Positions 26,972 through 41,018 of a DNA stretch of 64,000 nt are shown here, in pieces (positions within the stretch are counted from its first letter, which is position 1; every line of letters starts with the position of its first letter). The DNA comes from the human T2T-CHM13v2.0 reference genome, Homo sapiens, in assembly GCF_009914755.1 (NCBI RefSeq), contig NC_060928.1; one strand, written 5' to 3'. The translations under genes were made by a program, and so were the position numbers. The notes below the pieces were generated by a model. That model was not told the DNA's origin. It searched no databases and was given only the letters and a program-made list of their open reading frames with translations.

Positions 26972-27584
26972 ATCCTCTTTGAAAAGACACATAGTCTAAA
27001 TATGAATTAGCCTTTGTTGTCCGTTATGCTTCTGCTAGCACCACCATGTGTAGACTTGCTGAATGCTATGTTTACTGCTATGTCTGACCAAGTAATGTTT
27101 TTATAGGCAAAGTAGTGATAAATGAGCTCAACCCAGAGGACTTACTTGTTTTACTATGTAACAAATCAGCCATTGTAATGGAAAAGTGATTTAATGGAAG
27201 AATGGGATAACTTATTAAAGACAACCTAACAGTCTTAGTAGAGTGATAACACATTGCGGTGCTGGGATGTAATCCAAAGATGCACCATCGGCCCTGAACC
27301 AGTGACTGATGTGGTGTGAGAGCGGAGGCATCTCCTGCCACTAATAGCCCACTCACAAATATTTTGCTTTCTGTCCCCACTTTAGGCTCTTCTTTAAATA
27401 TGAAGAAGAATGTTTCCAACAGAAGATATAACCATTATCTCACTGAATGAGCAGTTGTGACTATAATGTATATACTTCTATCTTCTCACACCACCAAACT
27501 GACAGTCAAACAAGAGAGTTAAAGCACTGCCTGAAATCAGTACTTGAATGAAAAGATAAAGTGTGGACCAGGGAAGAGGACTGC

Positions 27585-27695
27585 TAGATAGACTTTGGGA
27601 TGTTCACACTTACATAAAGGAGCTTTTTGTTATTTATCTGGAATTCAAACTCAACTGGGTTGCCTATGTTTTTGTTTTCTGAATCTGGAAACTCT
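27585..27695. mobile_element. MER53-like hAT fragment
   Basis: ttgttatttatctggaattcaaactcaactgggt...atctggaaactct. Confidence 0.55.
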
Positions 27696-28374
27696 TATTG
27701 AGGATAAGGACAATGCACTCTTGGAAATCAGAAGATTCCCAGGCACTATTGCTCTTTCTTTCCCTCTCTAGCTATTTTTAGTCCACGTCCTTTTCACCAT
27801 ACAAAATATTGTTATAGTCATAACATATGTGCTTGCTTTGGTTGTACCTCTACAATCAATCCTGTATACTAGAATAGGAAAGTGAAACTAAAAGAGCTAA
27901 CATACCATGTCATTCCTCTGCTCAAAAATCATCAGAGACTCTTTGCTACAGAGATAAAGTTCAAACCCCTAAGCATGGAATTCAAAGGCTTTCACGCTTC
28001 ACGCTTTTCTCTCACAACATCCTTAAGTGAACTCCTTAATGCAGCCAGAAGTGTTTTCTTCACTGATGCATGTTTCCTCTCATAAACCTATCTCAATCTG
28101 AGGCTTAAAGTTTCCGTTTTCTGTTAAAGTTTCTCTATCATTCTGTAGATCTGCAATCATATCTCTGTATACATTTTCCAAAATTGACAGTAATCTCTTT
28201 CCTTAGAATCACACTGAATTTCAGAAATACTTCAAATTACACGTGTCTTGAGAATTAACATGTACTGTGTGGTAGGGTTGATGCCAAACCCTTTATGTAT
28301 CTATTTATATCTATCTCTATATTTTTATCTCAGTTAATTATCAACTATATTCAAGAAGATGTATAAGAAATTCC

Positions 28375-28530
28375 ATTTCTATCTTCATTTTACAGATAAA
28401 AACCCAGAGGAAGGAAGAATGTAAGTAACTTGCCCAAAGTCACATGTGTGTAAATGACAGAGGTACAATTTAAAATCATCCAGTCTGACTCCAGAGGTTG
28501 CACTTCTACTCACTCTATTATACTGTCTTT
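28375..28530 (-). mobile_element. MIR fragment
   Basis: cattttacagataaaaacccagagg...aagtaacttgcccaaagtcaca...cagtctgactccagag. Confidence 0.8.
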
Positions 28531-28735
28531 ACATGAAATACATTTTCCTGATTTAAAAAATGGGAACAAGAAGATTAAATTATTTTTTGATTTGCTGATT
28601 TGCAAAGTCTGGTTATTCACCCAGAGATAATTATTATAACCAGGTTGGTGTTCATGTTTCCACACCTTTTCCTATATATTTCTATGTTCATGAATATGTC
28701 CCTGTAGAAAGCACATATCATTGTTTATCTTTTAA

Positions 28736-30715
28736 CACACATATATACATATACTATATATATACAGTATATGTATACTGTATATATATAGTATATAGAG
28801 TATATATAGTAGTATATAGAGTGTATATAGTATATAGAAATATATAGTATATAGTCTATATAGTATATAATATATAGCCTATATATAGTATATAGTCTAT
28901 ATAGTATACAGTATATAGTCTATATATAGTATATAGTCTATACATAGTATGTAGTATATAGTCTATATATAGTATATAGTCTATATATAGTATATAGTCT
29001 ATATATAGTATATAGTCTATATATAGTATATAGTCTATATATAGTATATAGTATGTAGTCTATATATGTAGTATATAGTATATATAGTATAGAGTCATAT
29101 ACATATGATTACATACTATACATACACACTATGTATAGTATATATACTATACATACACACTATGTATAGTATATATACTATACATACACACTATGTATAG
29201 TATATATACTATACATACACACTATGTATAGTATATATACTATACATACACACTATGTATAGTATATATACTATACATACACACTATGTATAGTATATAT
29301 ACTATACATACACACTATGTATAGTATATATACTATACATACACACTATGTATAGTATATATACTATACATACACACTATGTATAGTATATATACTATAC
29401 ATACACACTATGTATAGTATATATACTATACATACACACTATGTATAGTATATATACTATACATACACACTATGTATAGTATATATACTATACATACACA
29501 CTATGTATAGTATATATACTATATATACATGTATAGTATATATACTATGTATAGTATATATACTGTATATATATACTATGTATAGTATATATACTATGTA
29601 TATACTCTATATACTATGTATAGTGTATATACTCTATATACTATGTATAGTGTATATACTCTATATACTATGTATAGTGTATATACTCTATATACTATGT
29701 ATAGTGTATATACTCTATATACTATGTATAGTGTATATACTCTATATACTATGTGTAGTGTATATACTCTATATACTATGTGTAGTGTATATACTCTATA
29801 TACTATGTGTAGTGTATATACTCTATATACTATGTGTAGTGTATGTACTCTATATACTATGTGTAGTGTATGTACTCTATATACTATGTGTAGTGTATGT
29901 ACTCTATATACTATGTGTAGTATATGTACTCTATATACTATGTGTAGTATATGTACTCTATATACTATGTGTAGTATATGTACTCTATATACTATGTGTA
30001 GTATATGTACTCTATATACTATGTGTAGTATATGTACTCTATATACTATATGTGTAGTATATGTACTCTATATACTATATGTGTAGTATATGTACTCTAT
30101 ATACTATATGTGTAGTATATGTACTCTATATACTATATGTGTAGTATATGTACTCTATATACTATATGTGTAGTATATGTACTCTATATACTATATGTGT
30201 AGTATATGTACTCTATATACTATATGTGTAGTATATGTACTCTATATACTATATGTGTAGTATATGTACTCTATATACTATATGTGTAGTATATGTACTC
30301 TATATACTATATGTGTAGTATATGTACTCTATATACTATATGTGTAGTATATGTACTCTATATACTATATGTGTAGTATATGTACTCTATATACTATATG
30401 TGTAGTATATGTACTCTATATACTATATGTGTAGTATATGTACTCTATATACTATATGTGTAGTATATGTACTCTATATACTATATGTGTAGTGTATGTA
30501 CTCTATATACTATATGTGTAGTGTATATACTCTATATACTATATGTGTAGTGTATATACTCTATATACTATATGTGTAGTGTATATACTCTATATACTAT
30601 ATGTGTAGTGTATATACTCTCTCTATATACTATGTATATGTATATGACTACTATGTATACTATACATAGTATACATACACATATATACGCACATATTATA
30701 TGTATACATATAAAC
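28736..30715. repeat. Compound AT-rich minisatellite (18-, 31-, 27- and 29-bp unit blocks)
   Basis: 18-mer tatatagtatatagtcta; 31-mer x13 (29113-29522); 27-mer x16 (29616-30047); 29-mer x~19 (to ~30615). Confidence 0.97.
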
Positions 30716-31751
30716 AATATAATTCTACTAAATATCTTTTTACATCCTTTGGACTATGTCTGTCATGGAAGGTAGACACAAAACAAATACATTTTTAATT
30801 CTAAAGTGCTTATATTTAGTCACACTCTCAATGGCAGCATATGATACTGTTTCATTTCATTCTTAATTAATATGATTAAACTCTTTTTTAAATGTATAAA
30901 TAAAAATTTGTAACTCATTGCTTGTAATTTCTCAAACCCAGGTTGAATTGAATTTGTTACCCTATGTTATTGGCCATATTAATATTTCATCTGTGAATTG
31001 CGTGAATTGCCCATTCACATTTCTTGCCTATTTCCATTAGCTCATTTTGCTCTTATTGATTTTAGGACTTTTATCTATCTCAGCATACTAACATTGTCTT
31101 TTATATATGCTGTAAATATTTTCCCCGGGCTCCTGCCTGAATTTTAACTTTGTTTGCCATGGCTTCTTTTGGTCATTTATAGTGTCTTTTGTTTTATGTT
31201 TTTTTAATATTTAAATTTTGACATACCCCATCCCTTGCAACCCATTCTACACCTAGCACTTTGAGTGATCTTTTAAAAATATAAATCGGACATGTCACTT
31301 GCCTTCTTGAAACACTTGAGTGTCTTCCTATTGCCAACATCTTACTGTGACTCTCATTCCCCTACAGTGTCTCTCAATAGATGTAAAAAAGTTTGACCAA
31401 ATGCAAATTCCAAGCAGGATAAAAATATGCAGTAAATCAGAATTAGAAAATAATTAATCTGTGATACATTTTATTTTTAAGGTTGACCTGAAACCTTTGA
31501 TTTATATTCCCCCCCAACATACTGGTGATCCTACCAAGATAAATTATTTTCAAAATGTATCTTTGTGTAATTAAACAAGTTAAATCCTATGTGAAATTAT
31601 AGAATATGCCATCATCAAATTTCTTATAGTATCTACCACAAATAATTATTTTAAATTTTTTACTGATAATTGATGCACATCAATTCCTTCTGATAACACC
31701 TGGGTAGAATAGCAAATTATTCAATAAAGTCATGCCTACTTCATAATTTTA

Positions 31752-32050
31752 AAACTCTGCTTTGCATTTGATGGTGCATGTATGCAGATTTTCCAGTTGA
31801 GCCAAAATGACTTTAAAAATATATACACACACACATACGTGTGTATATGTGTATATATGCATATATGTGTATATATACATATGTGTGTACATACATATAT
31901 GTGTATATATGTGTGTGTACATACATATATGTGTATATATATGTGTGTGTACATACATATATGTGTATATATGTGTGTGTATATATTTAAGTCATGTTGG
32001 CTCAACTGAATAATCTGCATACATGCATCATTAAATAGAAAGCAGAGTTT
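31752..32050. repeat. ~80-bp imperfect inverted repeat flanking a TA/TG microsatellite
   Basis: aaactctgctttgcatttgatggtgcatgtatgcagattttccagttgagccaaaatgactt versus aagtcatgttggctcaactgaataatctgcatacatgcatcattaaatagaaagcagagttt. Confidence 0.95.
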
Positions 32051-33404
32051 CTACATGTATATATATGTGTGTACCTACATACACACACATACACACACAC
32101 ACATACTTAAAGCAAAAGGAAGAGAGGTCAAAACAGCTGTGTTTACACTCTGAAATTATTTAACATATAGAGTTACTCTTATTTTCATAGGAGTATTAAG
32201 ACACAATTCTATGTAGACATCAGTTGTCAAGGACCTTTCCCAAGCTATTGAAATTTAGCCCAAACTGATTCTTGTCCAGAGTCAGAACCTGAGTAAAGGC
32301 CAAAATAAGACTCAAAAATCATGAGTCTCTCCACTGTTAATATGGAGTGTGAATATGGTCAAGTGTGAACATTGGCTTAAATTTATCTTTCTGTCATATA
32401 TAATATTACATATGAAGATATTATTTTAATAGTTTTATAGAATATAAGACCACTGTTAAAAATAAGTATTTGCTTTAGGAGAACAGAGAAAGATTCCCTA
32501 GACACTCTTGACACATTTGTCTGTGAAGATCCTTGTCTTGAAAGCACTGTGGAGTTTTATAAATCCAAATAAATGAGAATAAAAAGAAAAAGAAGCAGAA
32601 AAGTCTTCTGAATAAGAGGGCAGCGATTATATCATAATTGCAATAAGTTTGTTTGTTTCTATATAAAGGTATTGATTGAGCATCTACTATGGACCATGGT
32701 CTATACCTGGTCCTTTATATTTATTGTCTGAAATCTTCATTACAAAGTGGTGAGGTAAAAATTGTTATTCTTATCTAGCTGGTAAGAACATTGTGCTTTT
32801 GAGAATTTAATCTTGCCAAAAATTCACATGGTTGTCAGACTCGTGATTTAAGGACACTGAATGCCGAGTCCCATATTTTCTCCTCTCAACGACATCTTCT
32901 CTATATGACTTCTACTAGAATAATAGTATCTACTTTTCACTGACTACTTGCTTTACACTATTCTGATTTTTAAAATGCTGATCTCGGTAATTCTTAATAA
33001 TTTGATCACCTTCTTCCACAATGCCAAACAGATGGCCTCAGTTCAAAACTCTTTGAAAGCTCTGATTCCTAGAGTAGTCATCTCTAAACATTTTGTTTGC
33101 ACGTCTCATTCTTAAGCAGCTTTTAAGCATACACCTGACAGACTACATTTGTTTACTTATAAATTAGACACACACACAGAAATATATATAACCCACACTA
33201 AAAAGTAATAAAAATTAAAAGATGATATAAAATCAATTTAAATAGAAATTCTAATATATTCTTGTACTCCAATGGAATATATGAAGCATTTGGTACACTT
33301 ACCACAAATAGGAGACCAATATCTGACATTATGAAATCCAACTCCTCCAATGGAAGACCATCTCTACTCTTTAGTTGTACTGAATACTTATGTGTGTTGC
33401 TCAC

Positions 33405-33720
33405 ACATCTCCCTCTGCCTGGAATGACCTACCCAGTATGTCAAAATCAATTCATCTTTTAAATGAAGCCCAGGCATCAGGTTCCTGGTGGCCAGGCTGC
33501 CCAGGGAGAACTGACCAGCTCTGGTTTTGTGACCTATGTATACATTAGTTATAGTACTTGTATTACTTTATTTCATTTGTCCTTGTTTATGTGTCTGACT
33601 CTTCTACTTCACTGACAGTTTCTGATGCATTAATTGAAACCTAGTCTTATTTGTGTATCTAGTATCTAGTGGAGCCCTTGGGAAATAGTAAGCAATCACT
33701 TGGGAATGAACGAATAAAAG
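33405..33720 (+). mobile_element. L2 3' end
   Basis: ccctctgcctggaatg...tgtttatgtgtctgact...tcttatttgtgtatct...gaatgaacgaat. Confidence 0.65.
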
Positions 33721-36322
33721 TCATCTATCCTGTTTTTCTCCTATAATTTTCTGTAATTCTATATGTTCGCCAACTAGAAAAAGAAGTAGAAAAGCAACTT
33801 AGTATTATATATTCCTCAATTGGCTTGAAATAAATACACCTGCTAAGTACAGAACATAAGTAGAATCACTGAATCAAAGAATTTCAGACTTAGAAGGGAC
33901 TGGGAACAATTCAGAGCAGAGGTCAACAAGTCAAAGAGAAAAAAAGGAGATAGAACTAAGGCAAGAGACACTGCAGCACTAAACAACAGAAACAATGGAA
34001 AAATACTTTGAGATATATAGGGTATGTGTCAGTGTGTGTATAGTGTGTGTGGAAGTGTGTGAAATGTGAAAATGGCTTTCTGAAACCAAAAGCCAGAAGC
34101 TTTATCGTGACATCTGTGGAAACCAAACAACTCTTCCCTACTACCTGATACTATTGGGTAGTATACTATCAGGTCTTGTGCAGTATTTACATATCCTATT
34201 TTCTATATTTTCCCCCTGTAAAGTAGAAACAGGAAAAAATGCCTTCAGTTTATCTCCCTCTAACCATCGTTCATTAAACTTTCCCCACTGTTATTTTTAA
34301 CACTGCTTTATCAATGTGATGCTCCATCTCACAGTAGCTTCTTAAAATTTTTGTGGATGTGCAAATAAAAGTTGAATGTTTATAATAGCATCTTCTAAAA
34401 GGCTGTTGTAAGGAAACATTCAGTTATATATTTTTATAATTGGTTGTGAAACAAATTTCTAAACAACTAACTTGTGAGGTTATATGCCCTTACAGAAAAA
34501 TAACTGAATGAAAACTTATACAGGTTATAAATCTGGAAAACTGCTTAGAAATATCTTTTCTTGTGTGATTAAAAAACAAAACTTGTCCAGTATATCTCAT
34601 CCCTGTAAAGATGAGAAAAGTAATTGTACTTCCCCTGTACGTACAAATGGACGTATTTAGCTTTAAAATATTCTAATTAAAGTACTTGATAAATAGCAAA
34701 ATATATGAACTTCCTACTTGCAATGTGGTATTAAAAGAGGATTTACTTATTTAATAAAACTGATCCATTTATTATTATCCTAAACTCTCTCTATTCCATT
34801 AAGTGATTTATGAAGAGTTTTTAGAATTTTAATTGATTCCTAGTTTGAATCAATATTTTTTAATAGTATATACTAAATACAGGCTTCTTGATGCCATGTA
34901 AAAATAAATAAAGAAACAAACAATTAAGGATCCAAAGCAACTTCATTGCAAATTCTCCACATTAGCTGATTTGAACGGAAGCCTGTAAAAGTTGGAATGG
35001 GAGGCAACGTTATTTTTTTCTCTAAGGCTCTTTGTGCCACAAAGGCAGTGCTATGCTATTAGGTGAAGCAGAATCCCAATGAAATCTTTCTTTATCTCTG
35101 CCTGCGATACAATCCCCATAGCAGTCTAAGGCACACAAGTTTATATAACTTTTGGAATTTGGTTTTAGATGTTAATTGAAACTCCAGTGAATGTCACATA
35201 CACAAAAATATAAACTGAACCCTTGAGTACTATATAGTAAAATAAGAAACACAAAGATGAATTATGTACAATGCACCATTTGCATTCAAAGGGAAGGAAA
35301 GTGGCACAGAGGGAAGATTTTAAGGATGATATTGATAAATAGGGTCAATTGTTTCTCATTAGTCTGCAGTACGTAAAGGGAATATTTTATTCCTCTTGGT
35401 GCAGCTTTCACATAAAGGGCACAAATGTAGAACAGGTGAAAGATTGACAACCTGAAAGTCAAAACTTCTTGGTCTAAAAAAATAAACTCTAATTACTCTG
35501 CAGTCTTACAGTGTGCATCAAGAACGCGCCAAAGATGCTTCCTCTGGAGATGGATTATAGCAGCCTCTCAGCAAAGGAAGCATGATGTACCAAAGAAACA
35601 TCCATATTTTCTTATAGTATGTTTCCCAAGAAAATGCCTAAATCATCATGTGAATTCATCTTGCATTTAAGGATCAAAGTAATAATAGTAACTAATACAC
35701 ACCTGGCACTACTCTAGATACATTACCTTACTTAATTCCTACCCTCACTCATCAGAAAGCTATCCCCTGTTTTCATCCCTATTATACTGTTAAGAAAGCA
35801 AAGACTCAGAGGTCTTACAAATTATCCAAGAGTACAGTATCAGCAATTAGAAGAGCCAGGCTAGACCCATAAATGCAAAATTTCTTAAAAAGAGAAACCA
35901 AAATCAGATTTAAATAACTTCTTAAGTTAACAGATAAGAAAATATTAAACATTTAAGCCAATCTTAGTCCTGTGTCTTCAAAAAATAAAGGAAATCATTT
36001 TCTATTCTGCATCACTTCATGCAAACATGCTCACCCTATCTCCCCACATACCCTTCTTATAATTCCTTTAAGAGTCAATACTTTAACAGCAAAGTGTTTC
36101 TAAAAGACTTGATTGTACTTTCTATTATCTGATACACTTATCTAAAAGTCAAAGCCTAATGCTATTGTATTTGAAAATATGCATGGTCAATTTTAAGTGA
36201 TACTAAATTTTTTGGAGACACTCCCCATTATAACGATGCATAACCTAAGACAGTTTATCTTATATGCTACAGTCTGTAAATACAGTTAGCAGTTAATTCA
36301 TCAAGTACAGATGCACATGTAC

Positions 36323-36683
36323 CGTTATGGTTTGGCTGTGTCCCACCCAAGTCTCGTCTTTAATTGTAACTCCCACAATTCCCACATGTCGCGAGAGAAA
36401 CCCTGTGGGAAGTGACTGAAGGTCTTTTCTGTGCCGTTCTTGTAATAGTGAATGAGTCTCATGAGATCTGATGTGTTTAAAAACGGGAGTTTCCCTACAC
36501 GAACTATCTCTCTTTTTGCCTGCTGTCATCCATGTAAGACGTGACTTGATCCTCCTTGCCTTCCACCATGATTGTGATGCCTCCCCAGCCACATGGAACT
36601 GTAAGTCCAATAAACCTCTTTCTTTTGTACATTGCCCAGTCTTGTGTATGTCTTTATCAGCAGCATGAAAATGGACTAATACA
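36323..36683 (+). mobile_element. THE1 (THE1B-like) solo LTR
   Basis: atggtttggctgtgtcccacccaa...gagtctcatgagatctgatg...aataaacctctttc...cagcatgaaaatggactaataca. Confidence 0.94.
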
Positions 36684-37308
36684 CATACATACCTTTTTTT
36701 TCCATCTTATATTATCAATGAATTCTAAACTCTTAGCAGTTAATATAACATTTTAAATGTTTTGTCTACTATAGAAATCACCCAAGTGCATATGTAAAAA
36801 ACATTTAATTTTCTTTTTCTCTCAAGTCTTTTTTTTTTTTTTTTGGCTCCAAGTCTCTAGGAAGCTGATTTAAGTGGGGCTTAGAGGGAAAAAAATGACA
36901 CAAACTCACTTCAAAGCTATCAACAGACACCAGAGAAAAAAGTAACTTTTCTTTTCATATGACAAAGTATAGTTGTACCCAGAAGTCATTAGATTTAAGA
37001 GAGTTTGCAAAGACTTCACCACTCAAAGTTTCATCATATGACGTCTCATGCTTTCCTAAAGAAAAAACATTGCTAGTCATTCTTTACCCACAAATGTGAA
37101 CACCATAAAAACCGTCCAGAAAGCTAAAATATTTGGAGGCTTTCTTCTTGTTCTGTCTCCACGTCTGCATATGCCATTAAAAAAATACTCTCTAAATGAA
37201 TGTCAGAGTGACCCTGACATAACAATCGGAATAAATTTGTGAGCATCTATTATAATTGAGATTAAATCTGCAAACTACAGCCCTATTCATACATGAAAAA
37301 AGCCATGA

Positions 37309-37824
<516 letters not shown>

Positions 37825-40800
37825 TATTTGCCCCTTTTAAAAATTATTTCTACATTTTACCTTGCAATATAGTATTTTTATGAACAAGAAGAAAAACAAA
37901 TAATAAATAAATAAGCAAGCAAAAAAAAAATCACCAACTGAGATAACTAACCACTGAAAGAAAGTGGGGGAAGCTTCACATCTTTCTGCTCAGATTCATT
38001 GAGTATCTATTTAGGACATGGAGAACTGAACTTGTGTGATACTTTTGTATGTGTTACTGTACTTTAATCTTTGATTTGGCAATAAGCACAGTTAAGATAG
38101 TTCTGAGAACATCTCAAAAGATGGCTACTGGCATATGTTTTAGTTTGTTTTGAAATTTATTCTGGATCTATTCTTGCATATGCAATTCTTTGACCCAGAA
38201 AGTGCAACATAATTCAGTAGTGTTTAACCATACTCTCTCAAACGTAAAAGGCTAATATATTTAACATATGATCATTTGGAAAAGATTTTGGTGGGCTCTT
38301 TCTAATCTTTCCATTTCCAAAAGTCTTGCCAAAGCAAAAATCATATGCCCACATTGTGAAATGCCATAAAAAAAATAGTAACAGGTGTTTATTTTTCACC
38401 AGAAAGAGAAAGGCCAATCCAAATTTCAAATGTTCCATGAACTTTGATAACTTAGAACCAAAGCTAGTCGAATATAGTCATGTTTATTTTGGGAGCTATA
38501 TGCTTATTTTCCTGTGAAGGGAAAATAACTTTTTCTATTTCTGCTAACTAAAAATGACTGAAGGGGAATGAGGAGAAAAAGACTACCCCACACTTGGGTC
38601 TGCCAATGGATAAGACAGAGTGCTGTGGCCCTTTTTTAAAATCACACATTAATGAGTCTTTGAAAGTGAAACTGTAGTCTCAGAGCAAACTTAGAGGAAG
38701 TGAGCTAAATAAGGTGAGAAAATCTGAACTGAAAGGGAGAAACCACATTTTGGCCAATCTTACAAAAGGTAAACATAAAAAGCCATAAGGAGAGCTATAA
38801 GGAAAATGGAACAGTGGGTCAAGCAACCTGGTAAAAGACTCAAGCCAGAATTATGGCCAGTGAAAAATTCTCGGGGGCAAAATGGCCAAAGGATTTGTTG
38901 GGATAAGAGAATTTGCAAAGAGGCAGCCTAGAATTCTTTCCATTGCCCTAAAAGGTCAGTAAAGCCTATTACATATACGATTGATTTGTCTGGGTGGTTT
39001 GTGGAAAATTAAAAAGGGTTAGGCATCAGTCTAGTTCAGTATGAGATATACAAAAAAGGAATAAAAATTATGATAAGAGTTCAGTATAAAGAGGAATTTA
39101 GAGCCAGATGCAACCACAAGGCTATAACCCTTGGAAACCTATAGAAACTTAGGGAGGGTTTGTGTAGTGTCTGGGCTGGGAGCTCCTGATTATCACTTAA
39201 ATCTCAACCAGTGGTGTGAATTTAGCTAACAACGACAACAACAAAATCAAACAAGCAAACAAAAAAACTAAAGAATTACTTTTTAAACAAAGGGGTATAA
39301 AGCTTAAACAAAATGTGGTAGGGGGTTTGAAACTTTACTTCTTTAAAGTCAGTCTTCCCTGAAAGGAGAGAGTTAATACAAAAACAATCACTCGCCATCT
39401 TTTCCTACCTCCACTTCTAACAGAAATTTCAACTGTGTTTGACTTGAATCAGAAAGGTTTTACTAAGAATATCATTTGAAATATTTTCACAGGTTTCATA
39501 AGCATTTGGACTTTTCATGAAAGTGGGAAAGGTGAGTTCTGAATATTGGCATTTGAGTGTCTGATTTCCACGGCAATGCAATGCCTCGAGTTTGGGAGAC
39601 TTACTTGTCAGGAACCTGGTGCTAACACATCACAGGTAAAAAAGCAGATATTAGATGTTGTCATAGAAAATTGATATGGGTCCTCATAAAACATGAAGGT
39701 GTCCAGGGCATGCTTTTGGCTGGAGTTGCCACTAGTACTTTACTTTATTAGGATTCTTAAGACCCAGGTCAATATTAGAAAATTGGACATCAGCCCAATA
39801 ACTGCATTTTGTTGACAGCTTAGCTGTGCCAGAACTTGAATCTCAGTTCCTCACATTTAGCAGACAGAATAGACTTCTGTTTCCAATAAGCTCTTGACAA
39901 AAAGAATCTATGAAGTCTGCCTGTTAACAGAAGCCTGTGCACTGTGAGGAGAATGTGAGAGTAGCTGACAAACTGCAGACACTCTGAAAGTGTTCTGCAC
40001 CTAGGATTTCATTAAGTTTCCTGGATAAGTAAGAATATGAAAAGGTACACAAATTTAGAAATCCTGATGAGGAGTAATTCTGGGTGTGAATGTTAATTTT
40101 TAGGCAGTGTTATGTTTCCAAATTAATTGTTGTTCCTTAAGATCTGTATAAACTATCAACCAAAGTATGTATCATCACTGTGTGTGTTTACCCTAGTGAA
40201 GAAAGCCACATTTACATATTCATGTTGTACTAGACTGACCACATGTCAACGCATGGCATTATGAGACCAAATTAGAAGCATCACACAGCTATGTATTTTT
40301 AGAATCACTGTTGTTATTTACAACTGAGGATAAATTAATTATGTGCTAACGAAGTTCTGATAGAATGTTCATTTCCTGTTGCACTACAAAAATATTTTAC
40401 TCACTGTTCTCTCTTATTTTGTTTGAACTTTCAACTCCCAAACTTCTATGTTTAAAGAGATGGCTAATGTCTCTAGATCCTTACCCCTTTAGATGTAAGA
40501 GGTAAAGAAATGTCATCTGGATTGTGCTACATCTGCCTTATCATCATCAAACTCATTTATCTGAGCAGGTTCTGCTTACAGGATGAAATAAAATATGGGT
40601 TCTATCTTTAATGTTAGTAATCAAAAGCATCCACTCATTCATTCATTTTCTTTATTTTTGAAGAGTGAAACAGGCTTAAGATACCATTTAAAAATCATTT
40701 TTCCCTTGATATTCCATCAAAACTTAATGTTGTCTAAATAGCAACATTCAAGGTGATGCTCTCCAATGGTTTGGACTTAAAATGCACGTACGTAAATCTG

Positions 40801-41018
40801 AAGTTTTATAAAACTGAGTTGGTTCAAAAAAGTGCAGAGATTTTTAGAAAGGAGATATATACATAGTAAACTAAAAAAAAAAGAGACATATAGTAATCTA
40901 AAAATGAGATTCTTTCCATTTAAATCCTCCAAAAGCTAAGACAAAATAATAGGAGGTAACTACCCACACATTCCAAATTAAGGTTTCTAGACCAGCTAAG
41001 CAAGATCTGCAAAGGCGA

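Larger units (their letters stand above)
24085..27738 (+). mobile_element. Decayed ERVL internal region (gag and pol remnants) carrying nested MLT1, L1PA and MER53-like insertions
   Basis: gag-like tttgtgagggagcaccagcatcctt; pol-like ccactcaccaag, ctggcaagtgaattacatttgacctcttcca (on + as atggcaagtgaattacatttgacc), actaatagcccactcacaaatattttgcttt. Confidence 0.72.

Noticed and set aside
29503-30086. 184-aa and 156-aa repetitive ORFs
   Set aside because: They are translations of a 27-bp (multiple of 3) minisatellite lacking stops in those frames; no coding evidence.
28736-30715. CRISPR-like appearance of the regular repeats
   Set aside because: Units are directly tandem with no unique spacers, there are no cas genes, and the context is primate DNA.
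34143-34174. acctgata...tatcaggt short inverted repeat
   Set aside because: An 8-bp stem is expected by chance in AT-rich sequence of this length.
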